Of a stretch of DNA of 64,000 nucleotides, positions 30,245 to 36,978 are shown piece by piece. The translations under genes and the position numbers were made by a program. Location of the stretch: positions 16,242 through 80,241 of IMG/VR virus record IMGVR_UViG_3300023184_000081; one strand, written 5' to 3'. Each line of letters begins with the position of its first letter. The first letter of the stretch is position 1. Below the pieces are notes generated by a model. It was given only the letters and a program-made list of their open reading frames with translations. It ran no database searches and was not told the DNA's origin. This DNA is from a virus.

Positions 30245-30841
30245 ATGAAAATTAATATAATTGATTCTGCATCATCAGATGACGAACTTCCAGAACATCT
30301 TGGAGGTCATCTAAATAAAACCCATGTAGACGAAGGCGCTCTAGATTTTCTAATTGAAAATTTTGATATCGCAACAATGCTAGATATTGGATGCGGTCCT
30401 GGCGGAATGCTAGATCTAGCTCACAATCGAGGAATTCATTCTGTTGGTCTAGATGGAGACTATACTCTCCCTCGGAGACGGAATGTTCATATTCACGACT
30501 TCACGACTGGACCGTTTTTAAATTGGGAAAATAACGATATTGAATTTGATCTCGGCTGGTCTGTAGAATTTCTAGAACATGTAGAATCTAAATATGTTCC
30601 AGTGATCATGCACGCATTTCAACGATGCAAACTTTTGATGGTTACTGCTGCACCTCCTGGTTATACTGGACATCATCACGTGAACTGCAGAAATCTAGAT
30701 TATTGGGAAGGTGCATTTAATGCTAGTGGATTCTATTATGATGCAGAAATGACAACAAAAATCATTGAGGCATCCTCTATGAAAAAACCATTCTTGCAAA
30801 TGCATGGAATGTTCTATCGGAGATTTCATTATGACAATTAG
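30245..30841 (+). CDS. Class I SAM-dependent methyltransferase
   Basis: LDIGCGPG, SVEFLEHV, GHHHVNC. Confidence 0.88.
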   Translation: MKINIIDSASSDDELPEHLGGHLNKTHVDEGALDFLIENFDIATMLDIGCGPGGMLDLAHNRGIHSVGLDGDYTLPRRRNVHIHDFTTGPFLNWENNDIEFDLGWSVEFLEHVESKYVPVIMHAFQRCKLLMVTAAPPGYTGHHHVNCRNLDYWEGAFNASGFYYDAEMTTKIIEASSMKKPFLQMHGMFYRRFHYDN

Positions 30842-31550
30842 ACTGTTCATCGGAACATCTGCTAATGGTGAGGATACAGATGCAGAAATGGTATATGAAC
30901 ATTCACTAAGAAAGAACAGTTCTGTTCCCATAGATATCACATGGATGCGTCAAACAAATGATAAGTCTAGTGTGTGGGGTGGTTGGGATACTTCTCTATG
31001 GCCAACACCATTCAGTGGCTATCGTTGGGCGATACCTGAAGTTTGTAATTTTGAGGGTCGTGCAATTTACACAGACGTAGACATGATTAATTTCAGAGAT
31101 CTGAATGAGCTATGGAATATTGATCTTGGAGATAACTGGGTTGGTGCTCGTCTTGGTCCAAGATTTGGTGGACACGAATTCTGTGTTATGGTTATCGACT
31201 GTGCTTCGATGAAAGGAGAGATTGCGTCGATAGAAAGAATGAAAGTTATTCCAGAATCACATTCCAGATATATTCGTGCATTCAGCGGAAGTGAAGTTAT
31301 AAAGAGTATTGATCCAAGATGGAATTGTCTAGACGGAGACGATCTAAAAATAGAAGATATGTGGCAACTTCATTATTCTAGAATGAGCACTCAGCCATGG
31401 CGTCCCACTTGGTATACTGGAGAAAGTGCTGATCATCCTCGTCCAGAGTTAGTTAAACTTTGGTTTGATTATCGTGATAAGCTCTTAGAAGAAGGACACA
31501 AACCTAATGTAGTCAACAATAGTGTAACATATGATTTTATAGGCAAATGA
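30831..31550 (+). CDS. GT-A (GT8-like) glycosyltransferase
   Basis: TPFSGYRWAIPE, AIYTDVDM (DxD), RWNCLD, LHY. Confidence 0.82.
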   Translation: MTIRLFIGTSANGEDTDAEMVYEHSLRKNSSVPIDITWMRQTNDKSSVWGGWDTSLWPTPFSGYRWAIPEVCNFEGRAIYTDVDMINFRDLNELWNIDLGDNWVGARLGPRFGGHEFCVMVIDCASMKGEIASIERMKVIPESHSRYIRAFSGSEVIKSIDPRWNCLDGDDLKIEDMWQLHYSRMSTQPWRPTWYTGESADHPRPELVKLWFDYRDKLLEEGHKPNVVNNSVTYDFIGK

Positions 31551-32311
31551 TGATAAACTGGAATGTAATTGGCGAGCGTCCTAGAAAATTTTGTCTATTC
31601 ACTTCGTGTGATCCTAAGTATCTAGATGCACATGCTCAAGCATATATTTCTTCTTGTGCTAAAGCTGAAAATAACGTTCATCTTCATGTAATCAATGCAA
31701 GTGTGAATGACTGGACATATATGCAAACTCTTAAGATGGGATATAAACTTATGTTCCCGTCTGGTGAAATGACTATATCTTCAGAGGATACAGATCTACC
31801 AACGATCTCTGATGAACAGAAACGAACATATTATGCGTGTAATAGATTCATTTTTGCTTCTTCAATAATCACTCAGCCAATGTTGATTACAGATATTGAC
31901 TGTTTGATAATGAAACATATAAATCCTCTGGAAACAGATCTTGGAATATTTCTTCGAGAGCCACTTCCAGGCGTTAATGACTGGGAGAAAGAAGGATCTA
32001 GAGTAGCTGCAGGCGCAGTCTTTGTTAAAGAAACTGCAAAAGAATTTTTAGAAGGCGCTGCTCAGATTATTCTAGATAACGAATGGAGATGGTTTTTAGA
32101 TCAGAACGCATTGAATGTTTCGTATCAACATTTCAAAACTAAATACACATGCACTGCGTTCGGAACAGATTTTATGGATTGGGAATTTATTGACGGAACT
32201 ACGATCTGGACTGGAAAGGGAGATAGAAAATACAGCAATCCGAAGTATCTTGGTATGAAGAAACACTATTATGATGCATTTCCTAAACTCTCTGAGGAAT
32301 ATTGGTTATGA
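31547..32311 (+). CDS. Putative GT-A glycosyltransferase
   Basis: YYACNRF, ITDIDCL (DxD), WFLDQNAL, WTGKG. Confidence 0.7.
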   Translation: MMINWNVIGERPRKFCLFTSCDPKYLDAHAQAYISSCAKAENNVHLHVINASVNDWTYMQTLKMGYKLMFPSGEMTISSEDTDLPTISDEQKRTYYACNRFIFASSIITQPMLITDIDCLIMKHINPLETDLGIFLREPLPGVNDWEKEGSRVAAGAVFVKETAKEFLEGAAQIILDNEWRWFLDQNALNVSYQHFKTKYTCTAFGTDFMDWEFIDGTTIWTGKGDRKYSNPKYLGMKKHYYDAFPKLSEEYWL

Positions 32312-33306
32312 AAAAAGTTTTACTGCTATCGCCCAGATTAGATTGCATGTTTAAGAAGGGTCCGGTTCCTTCTGAAATCGGCTCAATCGCACCAATCAGA
32401 AAGCACTGGAGGAATTTTATAGAACGAGTCATATCTGAATATTCCAACAGAACTGATGTTTCATTTAAAGTTCTAGAACTGCCGCTCTGGCAGTTCACTC
32501 CAGAACTTGTTAATGAACTCAAGCCTGATATTGTATTCGTTCCGCATAAAGAAGCGCACAGCTTTCCTGTAGAAAACTGCGAAGTGTATTACTATATGCA
32601 AACTGCATTTCCGTGGATGTTTTCAGTAGATCGAAAAGGATGGGGTGCTGGATCATCTAAATATCCGTTCGACCGCAGATATATCGGCACTGCTCAAGAC
32701 GCATATAACGGAGCCGACATATTTAACATGCTTCAAAGTCGCATGAACGACAATCAGAGTAAATTTGAACAGCCAATTTATCAGAGCAGAGAAAAGATAA
32801 ATCTACCTGATTACTACGCATTTTTCCCCTGTCAGATTCCACACGACGAAACAATTAAGTTTCATTCCGACGTCACTGTGGAAGAAGCATTAGAAAGAAC
32901 TTGTATAGCGACTCAAGAAATAGGAATGAATTTAGTTGTAAAAGGTCATCCTGTCAATCCTGGTAGTATGCAATCATTAAAAGAAATCGCCAAAAAATAT
33001 CTGCATGTTACTTGGTATGATGATGTATCCATCCATCAATTGATTCAGACTGCTCGCTGCACAGTGACAGTAAACTCTGGCGTCGGATTCGAATCTCTTT
33101 TGCATAAAGTTCCAGTTGTAACATTCGGAAGATCAGAATATGACTGCGTTACATATAAAGTGAATAGCAATACAGATCTCGCAAAAACTATAAAATTAGC
33201 AAGCCATAGCGTTTTCAACTATGAAGAAGTATGTGATTTCTACAATAACTGGTGGAAATATTGTTACGACTCAAAGAACGGAGATGATTTCACGAAACTG
33301 CCATAA
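32308..33306 (+). CDS. Capsule polysaccharide biosynthesis protein (KpsS/KpsC-like, GT-B)
   Basis: PCQIPHD, VVKGHP, TVNSGVGFESLLHKVPVVTFG. Confidence 0.8.
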   Translation: MKKVLLLSPRLDCMFKKGPVPSEIGSIAPIRKHWRNFIERVISEYSNRTDVSFKVLELPLWQFTPELVNELKPDIVFVPHKEAHSFPVENCEVYYYMQTAFPWMFSVDRKGWGAGSSKYPFDRRYIGTAQDAYNGADIFNMLQSRMNDNQSKFEQPIYQSREKINLPDYYAFFPCQIPHDETIKFHSDVTVEEALERTCIATQEIGMNLVVKGHPVNPGSMQSLKEIAKKYLHVTWYDDVSIHQLIQTARCTVTVNSGVGFESLLHKVPVVTFGRSEYDCVTYKVNSNTDLAKTIKLASHSVFNYEEVCDFYNNWWKYCYDSKNGDDFTKLP

Positions 33307-33312
33307 TAAATC

Positions 33313-33341
33313 TTGACAATTCATTATAAATAGGGTATAAT
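33313..33341 (+). promoter_or_regulatory. Composite sigma70 promoter with embedded late promoter
   Basis: TTGACA-17 nt-TATAAT with TATAAATA at 33325-33332 inside the spacer. Confidence 0.75.
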
Positions 33342-33389
33342 ACGTGTTCGAATGAAGTTCCTTTTTAAATTAAAAGTATTGGAGAAAAT

Positions 33390-34097
33390 ATGAAGAAAAT
33401 TATTTTTGCACTATTGTTTGTAAGCGGTATTGCACAAGCGCAAGTAACTGGTAATGTTGGAGTGACTTCCGACTATCGTTTCCGTGGCATCAGTCAAACA
33501 CAAAATTCACAAGCTCTACAAGGCGGAATTGATTATTCTCATAAGAGTGGATTCTATGTTGGCAACTGGAATAGCAGCGTCAGTAGTCTTGTTTATACCG
33601 ACAGCATCGGTCTAGAAAATGACGTTTATGGTGGCTTTAAGAAAGAACTTTTTAAGGGCGTAACCGTCGACGTAGGATCGTATAATTATTACTTTTCGCG
33701 TTCTGGCAATGCTTTCAACAGCAATAGCAATACACATGAAGTCTATGCTGGAGTTTCGACAGGTCCGGTAAGTTTCAAGTATAGTCAGTCTCTTGGTGAT
33801 TACTTCGCCGTTGCTAATAGCAAAGGAACGAAATATGTTCAAGCTGATCTGAATATGCCTATCATAGAAAAACTAACGGGTAATGTTCATTTTGGTCACG
33901 CTTTTATTGCAAATCATAAAGATAGCAATTTTACTGATATCAAACTTGGCGCAACTTACAATATTGTTGGTGTAGATGTAGGCGCGCACTATTACACAAA
34001 TCGTGGAATGACAGCTGCCACAAAATTAGCTGATACAGTTTCTGGAGAAAAACTCTACAAAAACGCATTTGTCTTTTCTGTAGCGAAATCATTCTAA
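33390..34097 (+). CDS. TorF/Gcw_chp-family outer-membrane beta-barrel (putative porin)
   Basis: Signal peptide AQA|Q, TSDYRFRGISQT...ALQGGIDY..SGFYVGNW, C-terminal aromatic F. Confidence 0.9.
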   Translation: MKKIIFALLFVSGIAQAQVTGNVGVTSDYRFRGISQTQNSQALQGGIDYSHKSGFYVGNWNSSVSSLVYTDSIGLENDVYGGFKKELFKGVTVDVGSYNYYFSRSGNAFNSNSNTHEVYAGVSTGPVSFKYSQSLGDYFAVANSKGTKYVQADLNMPIIEKLTGNVHFGHAFIANHKDSNFTDIKLGATYNIVGVDVGAHYYTNRGMTAATKLADTVSGEKLYKNAFVFSVAKSF

Positions 34098-34114
34098 TTT
34101 ATAATGACTTATTT

Positions 34115-34149
34115 GAAAACAAGGGATCTGTTGCTAACCCCTTGTTTTC
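34115..34149 (+). terminator. Hairpin after the porin gene (putative terminator)
   Basis: GAAAACAAGGG / CCCTTGTTTTC inverted repeat. Confidence 0.5.
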
Positions 34150-34179
34150 ATTGATGATTTTAAATGACCAAAATACGCC

Positions 34180-34253
34180 TTGACATTTAATCTGATATGA
34201 CTTATAATAGTTGTATATTAAATGGTAGCACAAGCAGTAACTGCTCTTTAAAA
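34180..34253 (+). promoter_or_regulatory. sigma70 promoter and boxA leader of the tRNA array
   Basis: TTGACA(34180)-17 nt-TATAAT, then TGCTCTTTAAAA at 34242-34253. Confidence 0.75.
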
Positions 34254-34267
34254 ATTTGGAAAATAGT

Positions 34268-34342
34268 GTCCTGTTTGACTTCTGGTGAGGTCACCACCCT
34301 TTCACGGTGGCAAGAGGGGTTCGAATCCCCTACAGGACGCCA
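34268..34342 (+). tRNA. tRNA-Glu(TTC)
   Basis: Cloverleaf, anticodon loop CT-TTC-AC, encoded CCA. Confidence 0.92.
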
Positions 34343-34460
34343 TATTGAAGCGCATTATTGTCTATTTCGGCGTTCCTCCGATGGGTCAGAGTGTTTATAT
34401 AGACACCCTGATAAGGAAAACAGTATCCATTGACAAGATATTGGTAGTGCGTTTCAATAT
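34343..34460 (+). ncRNA. Inter-tRNA stem-closed RNA cassette 1
   Basis: (CCA)TATTGAAGCGCATT ... AGTGCGTTTCAATA(TGG) closing stem with nested inner helices. Confidence 0.6.
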
Positions 34461-34591
34461 GGTAACATGCAACAGCATGAGAGTAACGTGATACTGGCCA
34501 GTAAGCGTTCGGACATGCAATATCTCAAAGCGGAAAGTCATGAGTCCGTAGAGAAAAAGATTTCGGTTCGATTCCGAATTGCGTGTGACCA
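34461..34591 (+). ncRNA. tRNA-like stable RNA (T4 species-I-like)
   Basis: GGTAACA/TGTGACC terminal stem, T-arm TTCGG-TTCGATT-CCGAA, 3' CCA, no anticodon arm; 131 nt. Confidence 0.65.
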
Positions 34592-34597
34592 TATTAC

Positions 34598-34671
34598 GCG
34601 GGATTAGTTAAATGGTATAATTAGAGTTTTCCAAACTCCAGTCATCAGTTCGATTCTGATATTCCGCTCCA
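34598..34671 (+). tRNA. tRNA-Gly(TCC)
   Basis: Cloverleaf, loop TT-TCC-AA, CCA. Confidence 0.88.
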
Positions 34672-34679
34672 TTTGTTGT

Positions 34680-34753
34680 TGGGGATTAGTTAAATGGTAT
34701 AACCGCGGATTTTGATTCCGCTATCACAAGTTCGATTCTTGTATCCCCTGCCA
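34680..34753 (+). tRNA. tRNA-Gln(TTG)
   Basis: Cloverleaf, loop TT-TTG-AT, CCA. Confidence 0.9.
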
Positions 34754-34783
34754 GAAAATTTTATTTAACAGAAAGGAAATTGT

Positions 34784-34816
34784 ATGAAGCGAAAATCCAA
34801 AACACGCAAGACATAG
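34784..34816 (+). CDS. Minigene MKRKSKTRKT* inside the tRNA array
   Basis: Strong RBS AGAAAGGA; the G of the TAG stop is the first base of tRNA-Lys. Confidence 0.4.
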   Translation: MKRKSKTRKT

Positions 34817-34892
34817 GGAGTGTGGTGTAAAGGCTTGCACAACGGACTTTTAATCCGCTAAGAGTTAGGTTCGATTCCTACCACTCCCACCA
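34816..34892 (+). tRNA. tRNA-Lys(TTT)
   Basis: Cloverleaf, loop CT-TTT-AA, CCA. Confidence 0.9.
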
Positions 34893-34967
34893 TATGAAAA
34901 CACATTCTTTAAGGTCTTGGTCGTTACCAGCCTGGCAAAAACGACGACAGAGTGTGTTTCCATATAG
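34893..34967 (+). ncRNA. Inter-tRNA stem-closed RNA cassette 2
   Basis: (CCA)TATGAAAACACATTCT ... AGAGTGTGTTTCCATA; inner GTCGTT/AACGAC helix. Confidence 0.6.
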
Positions 34968-34975
34968 TAGAAAAA

Positions 34976-35067
34976 GGAGAGTAATGCAGCGGGGTTGGTC
35001 CTGCGACCAGCCTTGAAAACTGGGTTCTGAGAAATCGGATGGGGTTCGACTCCTCTGCTCTCCGCCA
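34976..35067 (+). tRNA. tRNA-Ser(TGA), 8/4 fold
   Basis: 8-bp acceptor GGAGAGTA/TGCTCTCC, 4-bp T-stem, long variable arm, loop CT-TGA-AA. Confidence 0.85.
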
Positions 35068-35073
35068 ATTTTT

Positions 35074-35149
35074 GACTCGTTAGCTCAATCGGAAGAGCAC
35101 ATGCCTGTCACGCATGAGGTAAGGGGATCGAAACCCCTACGGGTCGCCA
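35074..35149 (+). tRNA. tRNA-Asp(GTC)
   Basis: Cloverleaf, loop CT-GTC-AC, CCA. Confidence 0.9.
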
Positions 35150-35157
35150 AGAATTAC

Positions 35158-35251
35158 GGAGATTTGGCTGAGCATGGTTTAAGGCAGCGGATTGCTAATC
35201 CGTCGATCGAGGAAACTTGATCCATTGGTTCGAATCCAATAATCTCCGCCA
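35158..35251 (+). tRNA. tRNA-Ser(GCT)
   Basis: Long variable arm, loop TT-GCT-AA, CCA. Confidence 0.9.
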
Positions 35252-35265
35252 GAATTAAAAGTTTT

Positions 35266-35361
35266 GCTCCCCAGCACTCGGCGTGCGGCATGCCCTTATA
35301 AAGCGTGGAGACTGGTCAGATAGGCTGGAACGGGAAGGTTCAAAACCTTCGGGGAGTACCA
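35266..35361 (+). tRNA. Atypical tRNA, anticodon TAT (Ile?) with long variable region
   Basis: Acceptor GCTCCCC/GGGGAGT, tiny D-loop, loop CT-TAT-AA, ~25-nt extra arm, T-arm GAAGG-TTCAAAA-CCTTC, CCA. Confidence 0.65.
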
Positions 35362-35366
35362 AATTT

Positions 35367-35444
35367 GGTGAGGTGGCAGAGTGGTCAAATGCAAGAGCCT
35401 GCAAAACTCTAAAATCGTCGGTTCGAATCCGACCCTCACTTCCA
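35367..35444 (+). tRNA. tRNA-Cys(GCA)
   Basis: Loop CT-GCA-AA, U73, CCA. Confidence 0.9.
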
Positions 35445-35449
35445 AACTT

Positions 35450-35524
35450 GCCCTGTTAGTTCTAGTGGTAAAACGTCGGTTTTGTAATCCGAATTCGGGT
35501 GTTCGATTCACCCACGGGGCACCA
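35450..35524 (+). tRNA. tRNA-Thr(TGT)
   Basis: Loop TT-TGT-AA, CCA. Confidence 0.9.
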
Positions 35525-35531
35525 AAGAAAT

Positions 35532-35624
35532 GGAAGTATTGATGCTATGGCGTGTGCATCCCGAGACTGTAAATCTCGTCCCTCAGGGTAAACATTACTG
35601 GTTCGACTCCAGTTACTTCCACCA
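35532..35624 (+). tRNA. tRNA-Tyr(GTA)
   Basis: Loop CT-GTA-AA, long variable arm, CCA. Confidence 0.88.
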
Positions 35625-35631
35625 GATTTAT

Positions 35632-35706
35632 TCCTCGATAGCTCAGCGGTAGAGCAGTTGACTGTTAATCAATTGGTCCGTGGTTCGATCCCACGTCGAG
35701 GAGCCA
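35632..35706 (+). tRNA. tRNA-Asn(GTT)
   Basis: Canonical cloverleaf, loop CT-GTT-AA. Confidence 0.95.
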
Positions 35707-35715
35707 GTATCAAAA

Positions 35716-35791
35716 CGGTGTGTAGCTCAGCTGGTAGAGTGCGTGGTTTGGGACCATGAGGTCGGGAGTTCGAAACTCTCCACACCGACCA
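35716..35791 (+). tRNA. tRNA-Pro(TGG)
   Basis: Canonical cloverleaf, loop TT-TGG-GA. Confidence 0.93.
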
Positions 35792-35796
35792 GAATT

Positions 35797-35883
35797 GCAA
35801 GTGTGATGGAACAGGTATACATAAGAGACTTAAAATCTCTCGCTCGCAAGGGCATGCGGGTTCGATTCCCGCCACTTGCACCA
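35797..35883 (+). tRNA. tRNA-Leu(TAA)
   Basis: Loop CT-TAA-AA, long variable arm. Confidence 0.92.
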
Positions 35884-35899
35884 TAGTGATTCAGTATTT

Positions 35900-35975
35900 G
35901 GGGGTGTAGCTCAGTTGGGAGAGCGTATGCTTTGCAAGCATAATGTCGTCGGTTCGATCCCGTCCATCTCCACCA
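35900..35975 (+). tRNA. tRNA-Ala(TGC)
   Basis: G3:U70 pair, loop TT-TGC-AA. Confidence 0.93.
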
Positions 35976-35983
35976 GATTTAAT

Positions 35984-36057
35984 GCCTCGGTAGTTTAACG
36001 GTAAAACGCCATCCTTACACGGTGGATTCGGGAGTTCAACTCTCCAACGAGGTACCA
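35984..36057 (+). tRNA. tRNA-Val(TAC)
   Basis: Loop CT-TAC-AC; mismatches at the acceptor/T-stem junction. Confidence 0.82.
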
Positions 36058-36066
36058 AAAAGTTTT

Positions 36067-36143
36067 GCCCCGGTGACGGAATTGGCATACGTGTCGGTCT
36101 TAGAAGCCGAATTTTAGGAGTTCGAGTCTCCTCTGGGGCACCA
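36067..36143 (+). tRNA. tRNA-Leu(TAG) with short variable loop
   Basis: Loop CT-TAG-AA; only ~5 nt between the anticodon arm and the T-arm. Confidence 0.88.
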
Positions 36144-36305
36144 TAAGTAACTGCATTGGTAAGGAAAGACAATGTTCATAGACTCTCGAGGGAATATGTT
36201 CATACCTCCGCTGCAGCGGAGAAAAGGAGGATGGGCAAGCGATGATTTGGGGATTTTAGACATCTCCTCTAGCTGGATACCCCACCTGCCAGTGCAGTTT
36301 CTTAT
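36144..36305 (+). ncRNA. Inter-tRNA stem-closed RNA cassette 3
   Basis: (CCA)TAAGTAACTGCATTGGTA ... TGCCAGTGCAGTTTCTTA(TGG); inner hairpin CTCCGC-TGCA-GCGGAG. Confidence 0.6.
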
Positions 36306-36381
36306 GGTAATGTAGCATAGTGACTAATGCAGTTCCTTCATACGGAAAAGATCGTTGGTTTGAGTCCAACCATTACTACCA
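36306..36381 (+). tRNA. tRNA-Met/Ile2(CAT)
   Basis: Loop TT-CAT-AC, paired 1:72 (non-initiator), CCA. Confidence 0.85.
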
Positions 36382-36388
36382 AATTTTT

Positions 36389-36465
36389 GCGCCCATAGCT
36401 CAGTGGATTAGAGCCAACGGTTTCTACCCGTTAGGTCGGCAGTTCGAATCTGTCTGGGCGCACCA
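36389..36465 (+). tRNA. tRNA-Arg(TCT)
   Basis: Loop TT-TCT-AC, CCA. Confidence 0.92.
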
Positions 36466-36471
36466 GTATTT

Positions 36472-36547
36472 ACCATCTTAGCTCAGCGGTAGTAGCAGTG
36501 TGTTGATAACGCATTGGTCAGTGGTTCGATCCCACTAGATGGTACCA
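36472..36547 (+). tRNA. tRNA-Ile(GAT)
   Basis: Loop TT-GAT-AA, CCA. Confidence 0.92.
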
Positions 36548-36552
36548 AATTT

Positions 36553-36626
36553 CTCGGTGTAGTATAATGGCATTACGGCAGCCTCCAAATCTGCTTATGG
36601 GAGTTCGATTCTCTCCGCCGGGGCCA
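36553..36626 (+). tRNA. tRNA-Trp(CCA)
   Basis: Loop CT-CCA-AA, CCA. Confidence 0.88.
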
Positions 36627-36628
36627 AT

Positions 36629-36704
36629 ATCTCTATAACTCAGCGGACAGAGTTCTTCGGTCCTAACGAAGCGGTCGCAAGTTCGAATCTTGCTAGGGAT
36701 GCCA
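36629..36704 (+). tRNA. tRNA-Arg(CCT)
   Basis: Stem CTTCG/CGAAG, loop GT-CCT-AA. Confidence 0.85.
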
Positions 36705-36709
36705 GTTTT

Positions 36710-36787
36710 AGATGGAGAGCTAGTCTGGTGATTCAGCGCGTGCCTGAAGAGCATGAGAACTCAGTTCGATTCTGAGTCCATCTACCA
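36710..36787 (+). tRNA. tRNA-Phe(GAA)
   Basis: Loop CT-GAA-GA, CCA. Confidence 0.87.
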
Positions 36788-36796
36788 AAGAACAAT

Positions 36797-36870
36797 GGTG
36801 TTGTTAATGTAATGGTTGCATAACTGTCTGTGAAACAGTTAGAGAGGGTTCGATTCCCCACTTCACCCCA
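36797..36870 (+). tRNA. tRNA-His(GTG), imperfect stems
   Basis: Loop CT-GTG-AA, G-1:C73; two U:U mismatches in the acceptor and a short T-stem. Confidence 0.72.
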
Positions 36871-36878
36871 ATAAATAT

Positions 36879-36955
36879 CGGTCCTTAACTCAATTGGATA
36901 GAGTGCCAGTCTTCGAAACTGGAGGTTGGGAGTTCGAGTCTCTCAGGATCGGCCA
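36879..36955 (+). tRNA. tRNA-Arg(TCG)
   Basis: Loop CT-TCG-AA, CCA. Confidence 0.9.
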
Positions 36956-36978
36956 ATATTTTAATGAAAGGAGTTTGT

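Noticed and set aside
34400-34430. Hammerhead or theta (HDV-like) ribozyme in cassette 1
   Set aside because: CTGATAAG does not match the CUGANGA core with a stem II, and the sequence after the tRNA does not begin with the G-initiated P1 of HDV-like ribozymes.
34976-35067. Selenocysteine tRNA
   Set aside because: The anticodon is TGA (reads UCA, Ser), not TCA.
36172-36315. 47-codon ORF inside cassette 3 with an AGGA RBS
   Set aside because: It runs into the next tRNA and has no recognisable motifs; the RNA structure explains the region better, though the ORF is not fully excluded.
36629-36704. Possible amber suppressor (CTA within the anticodon loop)
   Set aside because: The CTTCG/CGAAG stem centres the loop on CCT (Arg), and core genes are intact under the standard code.
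34197-36754. ORF-track calls across the tRNA array (e.g. 34197-34433, 35680-35886, 35891-36172, 36518-36754)
   Set aside because: They are shadows of tRNA genes and have no RBS or protein-like motifs.
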